64,000 nt of DNA from an uncultured Alphaproteobacteria bacterium (GCA_963742695.1 CAVUNF010000030.1:174580-238579), one strand, 5' to 3'; positions 26,673-39,177 are shown, counted from the stretch's first letter. Notes: generated by a model from the sequence alone, not told the origin. Numbers and translations are program-made.

Positions 26673-29061
26673 TTACAGCGGCGTGACGCGCAATCGCAAC
26701 GCATTGCCTACCACGCTCACCGAAGACAGCGCCATCGCCGCCGCGGCAATGATCGGCGACAGCAGCAAGCCGAACGTCGGATACAGAACACCCGCGGCGA
26801 TCGGGATGCCGGCGGCGTTGTAGACGAACGCGAAGAACAGATTTTGGCGGATGTTGCGCATGGTCGCCTGCGAGAGCCGGCGCGCGCGAACGATGCCGCC
26901 GAGATCGCCGCTGAGCAGCGTGATGCCGGCGCTCTCCATGGCGACGTCGGTGCCGGTGCCCATCGCAATACCGACTTCGGCCGCGGCCAGCGCCGGCGCA
27001 TCGTTGACGCCGTCTCCAGCCATCGCGACGATGCGCCCGGCCTTTTGCAGTTTTGCGACCACCGCGCTTTTTTGATCCGGAAGCACTTCGGCCTCGACGT
27101 CCCTGATTCCGAGTGCTCGCGCGACGGCATTGGCGGTGGTTTTGTTGTCGCCGGTCAGCATGATGACCTTGATGCCTTCGGCTGCCAGGGCCTTCAATGC
27201 ATCCGGCGTCGACGGTTTGACGGGGTCGGCGATCGCGAACAGCCCGGCGAGTTTTCCATCGATCGCGACATTGACCACGGTGGCGCCGTCGCCGCGCAGA
27301 CGCTCGGCTTCTCCGTTCAGCGACTGGGTTTCGATGCCGAGCGATGCCAGGAAATTGGCATTGCCCAGAAGCACGGTCTTGCCATCGACCTTGCCGGTCG
27401 CGCCTTTGCCGGTCGGGGAGTCGAACTCTTCCACCTTGCTTAGATCGAGATGGCGTTCCCCGGCCGCCCGCACGATCGCGTCGGCCAACGGGTGCTCGCT
27501 GGATCGTTCGACGCTGGCGGCAAGTTGCAGGATTTCGTTTTCGTCGAATCCCGTCGCGGCAACGATCGCGACGACCTTCGGCTTGCCCTCGGTCAGCGTT
27601 CCCGTCTTGTCGACCACCAGCGTGTCGATCTTTTCCATGCGCTCCAGCGCTTCGGCGTTCTTGATCAGGACGCCGGCCGCAGCGCCGCGGCCGACCCCGA
27701 CCATGATCGACATCGGGGTGGCCAATCCGAGCGCGCAGGGGCAGGCGATGATCAGCACGCTGACGGCGGCAACCAGGCCGAACGCCATCCGCGGTTCCGG
27801 TCCGAATAAAGTCCAGGCGCCGAAGGCTGATCAGCGCCACGACAATCACAATCGGTACGAACCAGCCGGCCACCTGATCGGCCAGCCGCTGGATCGGCGC
27901 GCGCGAGCGCTGCGCCTGCGCCACCATCTGCACGATCTGGGAAAGCAGCGTGTCGCGGCCGACCTTGTCGGCGCGCATCACGAAACCGCCGGACTGGTTG
28001 AGCGTGCCCGCGATCACCTTGGCGCCCGCTTCCTTGGTGACAGGCATGGATTCGCCTGTCACCAGCGATTCGTCGAGCGAGGAGCGGCCTTCGAGAATGA
28101 TGCCGTCGACCGGCACCTTCTCGCCCGGCCGGACGCGCAGGACATCGCCGACCTCTAGGCTGTCGATTTCGACCTCATGGTCGATCCCGTCATCGCCGAC
28201 GCGGCGCGCGGTTTTTGGCGCCAGCTGCAACAGCGCCTTGATCGCTCCCGACGTCGCCTCGCGTGCGCGCAACTCCAGCACCTGGCCGAGCAGCACCAGG
28301 ACCGTGATGACGGCTGCGGATTCGAAATAGACCGCGACCGCGCCGCCATGTCCGCGGAAGGTCGCCGGGAAAGATCCCGGGGCTACCGTTCCGACGATGC
28401 TGTAAAGATACGCCACGCCGGTGCCGAACGCGATCAACGTGAACATGTTGAGATTGCGCGTCACCAGCGATTGCCAGCCGCGCACGAAGAACGGCCAGCC
28501 GGCCCAGATCACAACGGGCGTGGCGAACACCAGCTGAATCCAGTTCGACAGCGTCTGGTCGACCCAGCCATGCCCGCCGACGAGATGACCGCCCATCTCC
28601 AGCACGACCGCCGGCAGTGCGAGCACGAGGCCGATCCAGAATCGGCGCGTCATGTCGGCAAGCTCGGGATTGGGCGGCGTATCGAGGCTGGCGATCTCGG
28701 GCTCCAGCGCCATGCCGCAGATCGGACAGCTGCCGGGGCCGGCCTGGCGGATCTCCGGATGCATCGGGCAGGTGTAGATCGCGCCCTCCGGCGCCTCGGC
28801 CTTCGCTTTGGTCTTGTCGAGATATGACTTCGGGTCGGCGGCGAATTTGGTCCGGCAGCCGGCCGAGCAGAAATAATAGGTTTCGCCCCGGTGATCGAAC
28901 CGATGCTTGGCGGTCGCGGGATCGACCGTCATGCCGCAGACGGGATCGCGCACGGTGGCGTGGGCATGATGGTCATGGGCATGATGGGTATGGTCGTGGC
29001 CGGCGTGATCGTGACCGCCGCCGCAGCAGCCGGAACCCTTTGCATTTCCAGTTTCGGTCAT
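26673..29061 (-). CDS. copA: copper-translocating P1B-type ATPase with His-rich N-terminus and YHS domain, frameshift near 27820
   Basis: [14 protein letters not shown] (YHS), [41 protein letters not shown]. Confidence 0.92.
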
Positions 29062-29086
29062 TGGTTCTCGCGGCCTCTTGCAACCC

Positions 29087-29103
29087 ATACCCGGTAGGGG
29101 TAT
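29087..29103. promoter_or_regulatory. CsoR/RcnR-type operator between divergent copA and csoR
   Basis: ATACCC-GGTAG-GGGTAT inverted repeat with C/G tracts, typical of CsoR-family sites. Confidence 0.7.
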
Positions 29104-29112
29104 ATAGACGCC

Positions 29113-29388
29113 ATGCGAAAAGACATCAAGGCATCCTGTCAGAAACGCCTGGGCCGGATCGAGGGGCAAGTCCGCGGGCTGTCCAGGATGGTCGACGAGG
29201 ATCGCTACTGCATCGACATCGTTACGCAGATTTCCGCGGTACGCGCCGCGCTGCGCCGCGTCGAGGAAGAGGTGCTTCGGGATCACGTGTCACATTGCGT
29301 CGAACACGCGATCACCAGCGGCAACAAGGCCGATCAGCGGGAAAAGATATCGGAATTGATGGCCGTGATCGGCCGATCGGATCGTTGA
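29113..29388 (+). CDS. csoR: metal-sensitive repressor CsoR family
   Basis: [24 protein letters not shown] (Cys-His-Cys ligands). Confidence 0.9.
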   Translation: MRKDIKASCQKRLGRIEGQVRGLSRMVDEDRYCIDIVTQISAVRAALRRVEEEVLRDHVSHCVEHAITSGNKADQREKISELMAVIGRSDR

Positions 29389-29465
29389 TCAGGGATCATG
29401 ACAATGTGTTTACCGCATTTCTATCAGCTGTTTCCTCGGCTCCGGCCGTGTGGTAACCATCGCTC

Positions 29466-29921
29466 ATGACCCTGACTGGAACGCTTTTGCGAATTGTTGG
29501 AGCGGCGATCCTGCTGATCGCCGTGCAATTCGCGTCGGTTCAGGCCAAGGCCCATGCCGGTCATGGCCACGGGTCTGATGCGCACAGCGTTCAAGGGCAC
29601 AATCTTCAAGGACATAATCAGGGTCATGGCTCGGCACATTCGATTGCCGCCGACGCTGCTGCGAACCGGGCTGCGCAAGCCCAACCCGCTGTTCAAGCCG
29701 AAGCCAGTGCCCAAAATGCCGCGGGAGCAATGCCCTCAAACTCCGACGCCTGCGTGATGGGCTGTTGCGGATGTACGGGTTGCTGTGCGGCCGCGCTGGC
29801 CGCGGTCTCGCCCAGCCTCCCTCCCAAAGTGTGCTCGGCTCGCATCGGCTTTGCACGCATGGTCTCCGTCTGCGGAGTGGACCCTCAAGGTCTGCGCAAA
29901 CCCCCTCGATCCCTCGCCTGA
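29466..29921 (+). CDS. His/Cys-rich exported protein, DUF2946/CopL-like, ending RKPPR
   Basis: Signal/TM N-terminus, His cluster, CxxxCCGCTGCC, C-terminal GLRKPPRSLA. Confidence 0.6.
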   Translation: MTLTGTLLRIVGAAILLIAVQFASVQAKAHAGHGHGSDAHSVQGHNLQGHNQGHGSAHSIAADAAANRAAQAQPAVQAEASAQNAAGAMPSNSDACVMGCCGCTGCCAAALAAVSPSLPPKVCSARIGFARMVSVCGVDPQGLRKPPRSLA

Positions 29922-29995
29922 GTAACGACATCGCCGCGGTCCTGCTTTGCAGGCCATCCGCGCGATGAAGCTTCTTGTCAGGTGAGGAATTTCCA

Positions 29996-31660
29996 ATGCA
30001 TCGCTTGTTTCGTGCTGCGCTTTGCGCGGCAGCCTTTGCTTCTTTTTCGGGAAGCGGATCGCTGTTGGCCCACGAAGGTCACGACCACGGCGCGCCACCT
30101 CCGGTCGCGATCGCGAATCTCGCGCCTCGTACCGAAGCCGTCTCCGGACAGTATGAGCTGGTCGCAATAGCCCGTGGCGGCGACCTCGTCATCTATCTCG
30201 ACCGGTTTGCAACTAACGAATCGATTGATGGCGCCGGCATCGAAGTCGAAACCCCAGGAGGCCCGCAACCCGCGCGCGCCATGGCGAACGAGCCTTACCG
30301 GCTCAGTGCGCCCTGGTCCACCAAACCGGGATCCTATGACCTGATCTTCACCGTCACCAAGGACGGTGTCGCCGATGTGCTGCCCGCGACGCTCATCATC
30401 CCGCCGGACGCCTCAAGCGGAAAGTCCGGCACGGCCTTGCTGTCCGACATCGGAAGCGAAATCCGGGAGCTGTCATCCCGCAATGTCGTGATGGCGGGCG
30501 TCGGGGGATTTGCCGCGGGAATTGTCGTCATGACATTGCTGTGGCGACGGAACCGACCCGCGATGATCCTCATCCTTGCCGGGATGTTCGCGATGTTCAT
30601 TGGCGCGGCGCGCGCCCATGACGGCGACGACCATGGCGCGTCGGCAACCAATCCGACCGTGCGTGATCTCGCGCAGCGGCTGCCCGACGGCGGCGTCTAC
30701 GTGCCCAAGAGCATCCAGCGAATCCTCGCCATCCGCACCGTCCGAATCGAATCGGCCGCGCATCGCGCCGCGCTCGAATTGCCGGGCCGCATCATTCCCG
30801 ATCCGAACGCCAGCGGATTTGTGCAGTCATCGGTCGGAGGCCGTCTGTCGCCGCCGCCGAACGGCTTTCCGCGGCTGGGGACGCCGGTCAGGAAAGGCGA
30901 CGTTCTCGCCTATGTGACGCCGCCGATCCAGGCCATCGACGCTTCAGATATGCGCCAACGGCAGGGTGAACTCGACCAGCAAATCACCATCGTGGAGCGC
31001 CGGCTCGCCCGCTACGAAACCCTGGTGCCGGGCGGCGCCATCGCGCGCACCCAGCTGGAGGACACAAGGAGCGAACTTCAAGGCTTGAAGGAAAGGCGCG
31101 GCTCGCTCGACAAGTCGCGCCGCGAACCGGAGGAATTGATCGCACCGGTCGACGGCGTCATTGCCGAGGGCACCGTCGTTGCAGGGCAGATCGCCCAATC
31201 GAACGCCGTCATCTTCCACGTCGTCGATCCGGCCCGCCTGTGGGTCGAGGCGCTCAGTTTCGACTCGCTTACCGGCGTCCAGAGTGCGGTGGCCCGGCTG
31301 AACAACGATCGGACTTATCCGCTCGCCTTCCGCGGCGCCGGTTTCGCCGGCCGCAATCAATCGATCCCGGTTCAATTCGCGGTGCAGGGCGATGTCGCGG
31401 GCCTTCGCGCCGGACAGTTCGTCACCGTGCTCGCCACCACGGACGATGAAAAGACCGGCTTCGCCGTTCCCCGGGCGGCGCTGGTGCGCAACGCCAACGG
31501 CCAGGACGTCGTCTACGAACATGTTGCGGCGGAACGCTTCGAGCCGCGCGCGGTGCGGGTCGAACCGCTCGACGGCGATCGCGTCTTCATCGCCACCGGG
31601 CTCGCCGCGGGCAAGCGCCTTGTGGTTCAGGGCGCCGAGTTGCTTGGCCAGGTCCGCTGA
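29996..31660 (+). CDS. heavy-metal RND periplasmic adaptor (MFP) with N-terminal metal-binding extension
   Basis: AHEGHDH after signal peptide, second [31 protein letters not shown]. Confidence 0.85.
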   Translation: MHRLFRAALCAAAFASFSGSGSLLAHEGHDHGAPPPVAIANLAPRTEAVSGQYELVAIARGGDLVIYLDRFATNESIDGAGIEVETPGGPQPARAMANEPYRLSAPWSTKPGSYDLIFTVTKDGVADVLPATLIIPPDASSGKSGTALLSDIGSEIRELSSRNVVMAGVGGFAAGIVVMTLLWRRNRPAMILILAGMFAMFIGAARAHDGDDHGASATNPTVRDLAQRLPDGGVYVPKSIQRILAIRTVRIESAAHRAALELPGRIIPDPNASGFVQSSVGGRLSPPPNGFPRLGTPVRKGDVLAYVTPPIQAIDASDMRQRQGELDQQITIVERRLARYETLVPGGAIARTQLEDTRSELQGLKERRGSLDKSRREPEELIAPVDGVIAEGTVVAGQIAQSNAVIFHVVDPARLWVEALSFDSLTGVQSAVARLNNDRTYPLAFRGAGFAGRNQSIPVQFAVQGDVAGLRAGQFVTVLATTDDEKTGFAVPRAALVRNANGQDVVYEHVAAERFEPRAVRVEPLDGDRVFIATGLAAGKRLVVQGAELLGQVR

Positions 31661-31672
31661 GGAGAACGATAG

Positions 31673-34600
31673 ATGTTTCGCTTTCTCGTCACACAGTCAC
31701 TGCGCAACCGCCTCATGGTGCTGGCGGCCTCAGCTCGTTCTGGTGCTGCTCGGAATCTTCAGCGCTGGCCGGCTCCCGGTCGACGTCTTTCCCGACCTCA
31801 ACAAGCCGACCGTCACCATTATGACCGAATCCGAAGGGCTGGCGCCTCCGGAAGTCGAGCAGCTCGTCAGCTTTCCCATCGAAACCCAGATGAACGGCGT
31901 TCCCGGGGTGACGCGGGTGCGTTCGGTTTCCGGCGTGGGACTCTCGATCGTCTATGTCGAGTTCGACTGGGGGACCGACATCTATCGCAACCGGCAGCAG
32001 ATCGCCGAACGGCTTTCATTGATCAGGGGGCAGTTGCCGCCGAACGTCGTCCCCCAGATGGGGCCGGTCAACTCGATCATGGGACAGATCGTGCTGGTCG
32101 CGATGACCAGCGACAAGGCGTCGGCGATGGAAGTCCGCGAGGCCGCCGACTTTACCGTTCGCCCGCGCCTGCTCACGATTCCGGGCGTCGCCCAGGTCAT
32201 CCCGATCGGCGGCGAAGTCCGCCAGTACCGCATTGCGCCGAATCCGCCGGCGTTGCGCAGCCTCGGTGTCACCTACGAGCAGGTCGAACAGGCGCTGACC
32301 CAGTTCGGCGTCAACACCGGCGGTGGCTTCACCGACCAGCACTCGCGCGAATACCTGATCCGGAATATCGGACGAACCACCAATCTGGACGATCTTCGCA
32401 GCGTGGTGGTGGCGCAAGCCAATGGCGGGCCGGTGTTTCTGCGCCAGGTCGCGACCGTCGAGTTCGCGCCCAAGGTGAAGCGCGGCGAAGCCGGTTACAT
32501 GGGCAAGCCGGCCGTCATCGTCTCGGTCGAGAAGCAGCCCAATGTCGACACGATCGGGCTGACACGCGAGATCGAGCGGGCGCTGAAGGAGATCACGGCG
32601 TCGCTGCCGCAGGGCATGAAGGCCGACCAGATCGTGTTCCGCCAGGCCGACTTCATCGAGACGTCGATCCGGAACGTCCAGCAGGTCCTGCTGGAAGCCG
32701 GCGTCGTCGTCGCCATCGTGCTGTTCGCATTTCTCCTGAACTGGCGAACCACGGTGATTTCGCTGACCGCGATCCCGGTCTCGATCCTGACCACGGCCAC
32801 GATCTTCTACTTCGCAGGCCTGTCCATCAACACCATGACACTCGGCGGCATTGCGATCGCCCTGGGCGAACTGGTCGACGATGCCGTCGTCGACGTGGAG
32901 AATATCTTCAGGCGCTTGCGTGAAAATCGCGCGCTGCAGCATCCGCGATCGGCCTTCGATGTCATCGTATCGGCCTCGCAGGAGGTCAGGTCCGGCATCG
33001 TCTATGCGACCGCGATCATCGTCCTGGTGTTCGTGCCGCTGTTCGCGCTGTCGGGAATCGAAGGCCGGCTGTTCGCGCCCTTGGGCCAGGCCTACATCAT
33101 TTCGATCCTCGTCAGCCTCGCGGTCTCGATCACGCTGACGCCTGTGATGGCCTACTACATGCTGCCGCACCTGAAACGCCTCGATCATGGCGACAGCGCG
33201 CTGGTGCGCCTGCTCAAGCGCGGCAACGCAGCGCTGCTCGAACGCGCCTTTCACCATCAGCGCGCGTTGATGGCGCTGACGTTGCTCGCCGTGACGATGG
33301 CGGCGATCGCCGCGTCGCAGCTTCCGCGATCCTTCCTGCCGCCCTTCAACGAAGGCACGTTCACCATCAACATGCTGTTCAATCCGGGCATCTCGCTCGC
33401 CGAATCCAACCGCGTCGGCCTGATTGCCGAGCGCATCCTCATGGAGGTGCCGGAGGTCAAGACGGTCGGGCGACGGACCGGACGCGCGGAACTGGATGAG
33501 CATGCCGAAGGCGTCCACTCCTCCGATCTTGAAGTCAACCTAGGTCTTCGTCGCGAACCAAGCTGGATGTGATCGCGGAGATTCGCTCGCGGCTTGCCGT
33601 TCTCCCGGCTTCGATCAATGTGGGTCAGCCGATCTCGCATCGGCTCGATCACTTGCTGTCCGGGGTCCGCGCCGAGATCGCGCTGAAGATTTTTGGCGAT
33701 GATCTGGACGGCCTGCGGGCATCAGCGGAAATCGTTCGAACGCGGCTGGCAGCCATCCCGGGCCTGACAGATTTGCAGGTCGAAAAGCAGGTTCTGATCC
33801 CGCAGCTTGAAATCCGCGTCGATTACGGCCGCGCCGCGCTCTATGGGGTGCAGCCCGCAACCGTGGTCGAGCAGCTCAGCCGGCTGTCGAACGGGCGGGT
33901 GGTGTCGCGGGTCGTTGACGGCTACCGCAGGTTCGATGTCACCATGCGGCTGCCGGACAGGCTTCGTACCACGCAACGGCTGGGAGACCTTCTGATCGAA
34001 ACCCCTGCGGGGTGGATTCCGGCGCGGCAGCTTGCCGATATCAAGGAGACCGAGGGCCCGAACCAGATCCTGCGCGAGAACGGGCGCCGTCGCGTGGTGG
34101 TGTTGGCCAATACCAGCGGCACCGCCGATATGACGAAGATTGTCGAATCGATCCGGGAAGTGATCGCGTCGACCAAGCTGCCCGAAGGATTTTATGCGCG
34201 CCTCGAAGGCACGTTCCAGGCGCAGGAGGAGGCGAGCCGGACCATCGGGATGCTCTCGCTGCTGTCGCTGTCGCTGGTTTTCATCATTCTCTACAACCGC
34301 TATCGCTCGGTGCTGTTTGCCCTGATCGTGATGGGCAATGTGCCGCTCGCCCTGATCGGGGCGGTCATCGCGCTGTGGCTGACGGGTCAACCGCTCTCGG
34401 TCGCGTCCATGGTCGGTTTCATCACCTTGACCGGTATCGCGGCGCGCAACGGCATCCTGAAAATCAGCCACTACATCAACCTCGCTTTGCACGAGGGCAT
34501 GCCGTTCGGACGCGAGCTGGTGGTCCGCGGCAGTCTCGAGCGGCTTACCCCGGTGCTGATGACGGCGCTGGCGGCAGGCGTCGCGCTGGTTCCGCTCCTG

Positions 34601-34807
34601 ATCGACGCCGCAACGCCCGGCAAGGAAATCCTTCATCCGGTGGCCGTCACGATATTCGGCGGGCTCATCAGCGCGACGCTGCTCGATACGTTGCTCACGC
34701 CCGTGCTGTTCCTGCGCTACGGCGAAAAGCATCTCGAACGCCTGCGGCGGGACGCCGCTGCCTCCGCCGATCCCGCGCGGGGAACGTCATCAGCCGAAGC
34801 CTTCTGA
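31673..34807 (+). CDS. CusA/CzcA-family heavy-metal RND transporter, two frameshifts
   Basis: [48 protein letters not shown]. Confidence 0.9.
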
Positions 34808-34829
34808 CCTCGGAAATGGAGAATAAAGA

Positions 34830-35194
34830 ATGTACGCAAAGTTTCTATTGATCGGAGTTCTCTGACCTGGTCCGGTGCGGCCTGGGCTCATGAAGCCAAC
34901 GGCAAGCATGGCGGGCGCATCGCCGACGCGGGATCATACCATGTCGAAATGGTCGTGAAATCCGACACCGTCGAGGTGTTCATCAGCGATGAAAGCGAAA
35001 AGTCCGTTGCGGCATCCGGATTCAAGGGAACCGCGATCCTCGTCGCCGACGGCAAATCGCAGCGGATCGTGCTGGCGCCGGTCGATGGCACCCGCCTTTC
35101 CGGCAGCGCGACGGCAGCGTTGCCAGGTCAACCCAAAGGGGTCGTGCAGTTGACGGGTCCCGACGGCAAAACCATTCAGGCGAAATTCGACTGA
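34830..35194 (+). CDS. periplasmic putative metal-binding protein, frameshift in signal peptide
   Basis: AWAHEANGKHGGRIADAGSYHVEMV. Confidence 0.65.
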
Positions 35195-35255
35195 GATGCA
35201 ACCGGCCGCCGACCTAGTACGGCGAACCAGCCATCAAACGCAGAGGAGTTGAGAG

Positions 35256-35751
35256 ATGATGAATTGGACCTGGAGCGGGATTGTACTTGTCGTCGCAACG
35301 CTGCTTTCAGCAGATCCCGGGGCAGGCGAAGGCCCAGCCGGGCACAGCCACGGCCACAGCGCCAACGGCATTCTCGGCCGGCGAGCCTGGCAATCCGAAG
35401 AAGCCGGCCAGGATCGTCCAGGTGACGATGGGAGAGTCCGACGGCAAAATGCTGTTCGTCCCGGCACGGCTCGAGGTCAAGAAGGGCGACCAGATCAAAT
35501 TCGTGCTGCGCAACAACGGTGAGATCGAACACGAATTCGTCCTGGCCAGCACTGCCGATAATCTCAAGCACGCCGAAGAAATGAAGAAGCACCCGGACAT
35601 GGTGCATGCCGAGCCGAACGGAAGACAGCTCGCCTCGAAGAAGACCGGCGAGATCGTCTGGAAATTCACCAAGGCCGGCGAGTTCGAATATGCCTGCCTG
35701 ATCCCCGGTCACCGCGAGGCGGGAATGACCGGAACGATCGTCGTCAAGTGA
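35256..35751 (+). CDS. cupredoxin (CopI-like periplasmic copper protein), frameshifted
   Basis: GHSH N-terminus, HEFVL, EMKKHPDM, ACLIPGHREAGM type-1 Cu site. Confidence 0.85.
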
Positions 35752-35790
35752 ATCGAGAGCGGTGGTTGAGCAGCGGACGCCGCGGGACTT

Positions 35791-36786
35791 TTAAGCTGCC
35801 ATCTCCGGCACCAGCATGCGCGGCCGGGCGCGGCGCTCCGGCGGACGTACCGGGACATATTCGACCACCATGAAATGCTCCGACACCGTGACGCGTTCGA
35901 CCAGCGTCGCCGCGTCGGCAGCCGATGTCATTTGCGCAACCGGAAGCGGCGCTTCTTCGTCAATCTCTTCAGGAACAAGCGGCGGCGAGTCGATCGCTTC
36001 TGGAAAGATACCGAATTCGCCCGCTACCTCCTGGAGCGGCTTCTGCTTGTCGGCCCAGTGCAGGGCGGTGTAGTCGAAGCCGTGCACGATGGTGGGTTTA
36101 ACGATTTCGAAATAGGGCGAGATGTCGAAATCGCGCGGCATGTACAGCGATAAATCGCGGATATGCAGGATCTCGCGGCGGGCCTGCCTGGAGCCGGCGC
36201 GGGTGATCTTGGGCAGGATCGGATAGCGCACGGCGTCGAACGCCTGCGCGATCAGCGCCGAGCAGATGATCTTGGTGGGATCGCCGGAACCGAACGCGAT
36301 CATGCGCCGCCGCCAGCGCTGCGGGATCGGCAGCGGAATCAGAAAGCGCATCAGATCGAGGATGTTCTTGGTGTCGTAGCCGAAGCCGATCCGGTTGATG
36401 GCGTAGCGGCAAACCGTGGTGCGGTCCTCGAACGACAGGCCGACCGGCCGGCACAGCCTGGTGTGATAGGGGAAATATTTCGACAGCGGCGCCGAGGTCA
36501 CGCCTTCGCCGATATTGGCCTCGATCAGGACATGCGGCTCGCCGTCGGGCTCGGAAGCGCCGTCGATCTCACCGACAAACAGCGCGGCATGCGACCAGGT
36601 CGACTGCGTGAGATATTTGATGATGCCGGAAACCCGGTTGTTGCCTTCGACCAGCAGAACGTCGCCCGGCTCGATGACGCCGCGCAGATGCTCCGGATCG
36701 CTCGGCGTGAACGGCTCATAGCCCGGGACTTCCTTCTGCAGGTAGCCCGCGATCAGCTTGCCGACGGTATCGAGCACGACGCCCAT
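35791..36786 (-). CDS. permuted papain-like NlpC/P60 (YiiX/YebB-like) protein
   Basis: PGDVLL, WSHAAL (His) preceding ICSALIA (Cys), GFGYD. Confidence 0.75.
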   Translation of the reverse strand: MGVVLDTVGKLIAGYLQKEVPGYEPFTPSDPEHLRGVIEPGDVLLVEGNNRVSGIIKYLTQSTWSHAALFVGEIDGASEPDGEPHVLIEANIGEGVTSAPLSKYFPYHTRLCRPVGLSFEDRTTVCRYAINRIGFGYDTKNILDLMRFLIPLPIPQRWRRRMIAFGSGDPTKIICSALIAQAFDAVRYPILPKITRAGSRQARREILHIRDLSLYMPRDFDISPYFEIVKPTIVHGFDYTALHWADKQKPLQEVAGEFGIFPEAIDSPPLVPEEIDEEAPLPVAQMTSAADAATLVERVTVSEHFMVVEYVPVRPPERRARPRMLVPEMAA

Positions 36787-36977
36787 GGTGGTATCCCCCA
36801 ACGGCCTTTTGCAGCCGCTTTTTTTCTTTCCCTATCATGGTCGAAAGCCGTTGCAATTTGGTTCATGCCCTCAGCGGTTCGATCACCATTGATTCACCAT
36901 GATGGTTGCCGATTACGCCCGGATGCGGCAAGTTCGCTAGATGTTCCCGCCAATTTCAAAGTTCCGGAAACCATGAC

Positions 36978-38391
36978 ATGACAATCACGCGCCGCGACTT
37001 TCTCTCGGCGTCCGCGGCTTTTGCGGTGACGCCGGCGCTCGGCGCGGGCGCCCTGGCGGCGCCGCTGCCGCGCGAGGCCGACATCGTCGTGATCGGCGCA
37101 GGTGCCGCCGGCATCTCGGCGGCGCGGCGCATCATGGCCGCGAACCGCCGGGTGATCGTGGTGGAGGCGTCGGGCCAGATCGGGGGCCGGTGTATTACGG
37201 ATACCGCGACCTTCGAGGTGCCGTTCGATCGCGGCGCGCGCTGGATACACAATGCCGACAGCAATCCGATGATCAAGCTCGCCCGCGGCGCCGGGCTCGA
37301 TATCTCATGCGGCGCCGCTCGGCCAGAAAATCCGTATCGGCCGCCGCAACGCGCGGGCCGGGGAAACCGAGGAATTCCTCGCAGCCCTGGTGCGCGCCAA
37401 CCGCGCCATCGACGACGCCTCGCGCGGCAAGGCCGATGTGTCCTGCGCGTCGGCGCTGCCCAAGGATCTCGGCGATTGGGCGGGGACGGCGGAATTCGTG
37501 CTCGGTGCCAACGCCACCGGCAAGGACCTCAAGGATATCTCCGCGATCGACAAGGCGCGCGCGCCGGACCGCACCAACGCGCCTCTCGCCTGCCGCCAGG
37601 GCCTCGGTACGCTGATTGCAAAGCTCGGCGAGCAGGTCCCCGTCGCGCTGTCGCAGCCGGTGAGCCGCATCGCCTGGAGCAACCGCGACGTCACCGTGGA
37701 GACGCCGGGCGGCAAGATCGTCGCCCGCGCCGCCGTCATCACGGTGTCGAGCAATGTGCTGGCCGCGGGCAATATCAAATTCACCCCCGACATTCCGAAG
37801 CGGCAGCTCGACGCCGCGGCCAAACTGGGCCTCGGCAGCTACGATCACATCGCCCTGCAATTGCAGGGCAATCCGCTGGGCCTGGCGCGCGACGACATCA
37901 TCATCGAGCAGAGCAATTCGACACGGACCGCGATGCTGTTTGCCAATATGGGATCGTCGTCGCTGTGTTCGATCGACGTTGGAGGATCGTTCGGGCGTGA
38001 TCTTTCGGCGCAGGGCGAAAAGGCCATGGTGGCGTTCGCGGTGGAATGGCTCACCAAACTGTTCGGCAGCGATATCGCGGCGGCGGTCAAGAAGTCGAGC
38101 GCGACCCGCTGGAACGCCGCACCATTCGCGCTGGGCGCGATGTCGTGCGCGGCGCCCGGCGCGCAGCCGTTGCGAAAGATTTTGACCGAGCCGATCGGCT
38201 GCATGTTCCTCGCCGGCGAGGCGACCCACGAAACCATGTGGGGCACCGTCGACGGCGCCTGGGAGAGCGGTGAACGATCGGCGGAAGCCGCACTGCGAAG
38301 GATCGGCGCGCTCAAGGACGAACCCGCCGCGGCCCCGGCGCGGGCGCCAAAACGGCGGCGCCGCACGGCGCCGGCGGCGCCGATCAATTGA
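36978..38391 (+). CDS. Tat-exported flavin monoamine-oxidase-family oxidoreductase, frameshift near 37310
   Basis: TRRDFL Tat motif, VIGAGAAG, IGGR, FLAGEAT..GTVDGAWESG. Confidence 0.85.
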
Positions 38392-38406
38392 TGCAAGCGG
38401 ATTAAA

Positions 38407-39177
38407 TTATCGCACCACGCCGTCGAGCAGCGGCAGACCGATCACCACCGCCATCGCGATCAGGACGTAGCAGATGGTGCGGAACAGCGCCTCGCTGGCG
38501 CGGCCGAACAATGCGGCGCCGAACCAGACGCCGATGCCGTAGATCGGGCCGACCAGCAGTGAAAACTTGATGGCGTCCGCGGTGATCAGCCCGGTCAGCG
38601 AATAGCTCACGACGGAAAAGAAATCCGACGCCGCAAAGAACAACAGGATGTTGGCGCGCGCGATCGCCGAGGGCAGCGGCCGGCCAAGCCAATAGGCCAC
38701 GATCGGCGGGCCGCCGGTCTGCGCCAGCCCGCTGCAGAAGCCGGACAGTCCGCCGACGCCGATCGAAACCGCCGGATGATCCTTGCCCCGATAGCGCCAG
38801 CCCGACAGCAGCAGCAACAACAGCGCGAACACGAAGCCGGAGATGATCCAGCGCGTGGTCACCGGATCGAGCCGGCTGAGGAAATAGGTTCCGATCGGGA
38901 CGCCGATCAGGGCGCCGAACACCATCACGGAGGTCGCCTTGCGGTCCGCCTGCTTCCAGGCATTCGGGATCAGCGGCAAGGCGGCGATGAAATCGATGAT
39001 CAGCAGCAGTGCTGCGACCAGTTGCGGCGCCGCCATGCTGCTCGCCAGCGGCATGAAGATCAGCGCGGAGCCGAATCCGGAAAATCCGCGCGCGGTTCCC
39101 GACACAAAGGCGATCACGCAGATCGCGATGGCGGCATTGATGCTGACGGTCGAGGGGATGAGGCCGATGAGGCTCAT
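38407..39177 (-). CDS. TauE/SafE sulfite exporter family
   Basis: ARGFSGFGSALIFMP, GGLSGFCSG..TGGPP. Confidence 0.85.
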   Translation of the reverse strand: MSLIGLIPSTVSINAAIAICVIAFVSGTARGFSGFGSALIFMPLASSMAAPQLVAALLLIIDFIAALPLIPNAWKQADRKATSVMVFGALIGVPIGTYFLSRLDPVTTRWIISGFVFALLLLLLSGWRYRGKDHPAVSIGVGGLSGFCSGLAQTGGPPIVAYWLGRPLPSAIARANILLFFAASDFFSVVSYSLTGLITADAIKFSLLVGPIYGIGVWFGAALFGRASEALFRTICYVLIAMAVVIGLPLLDGVVR

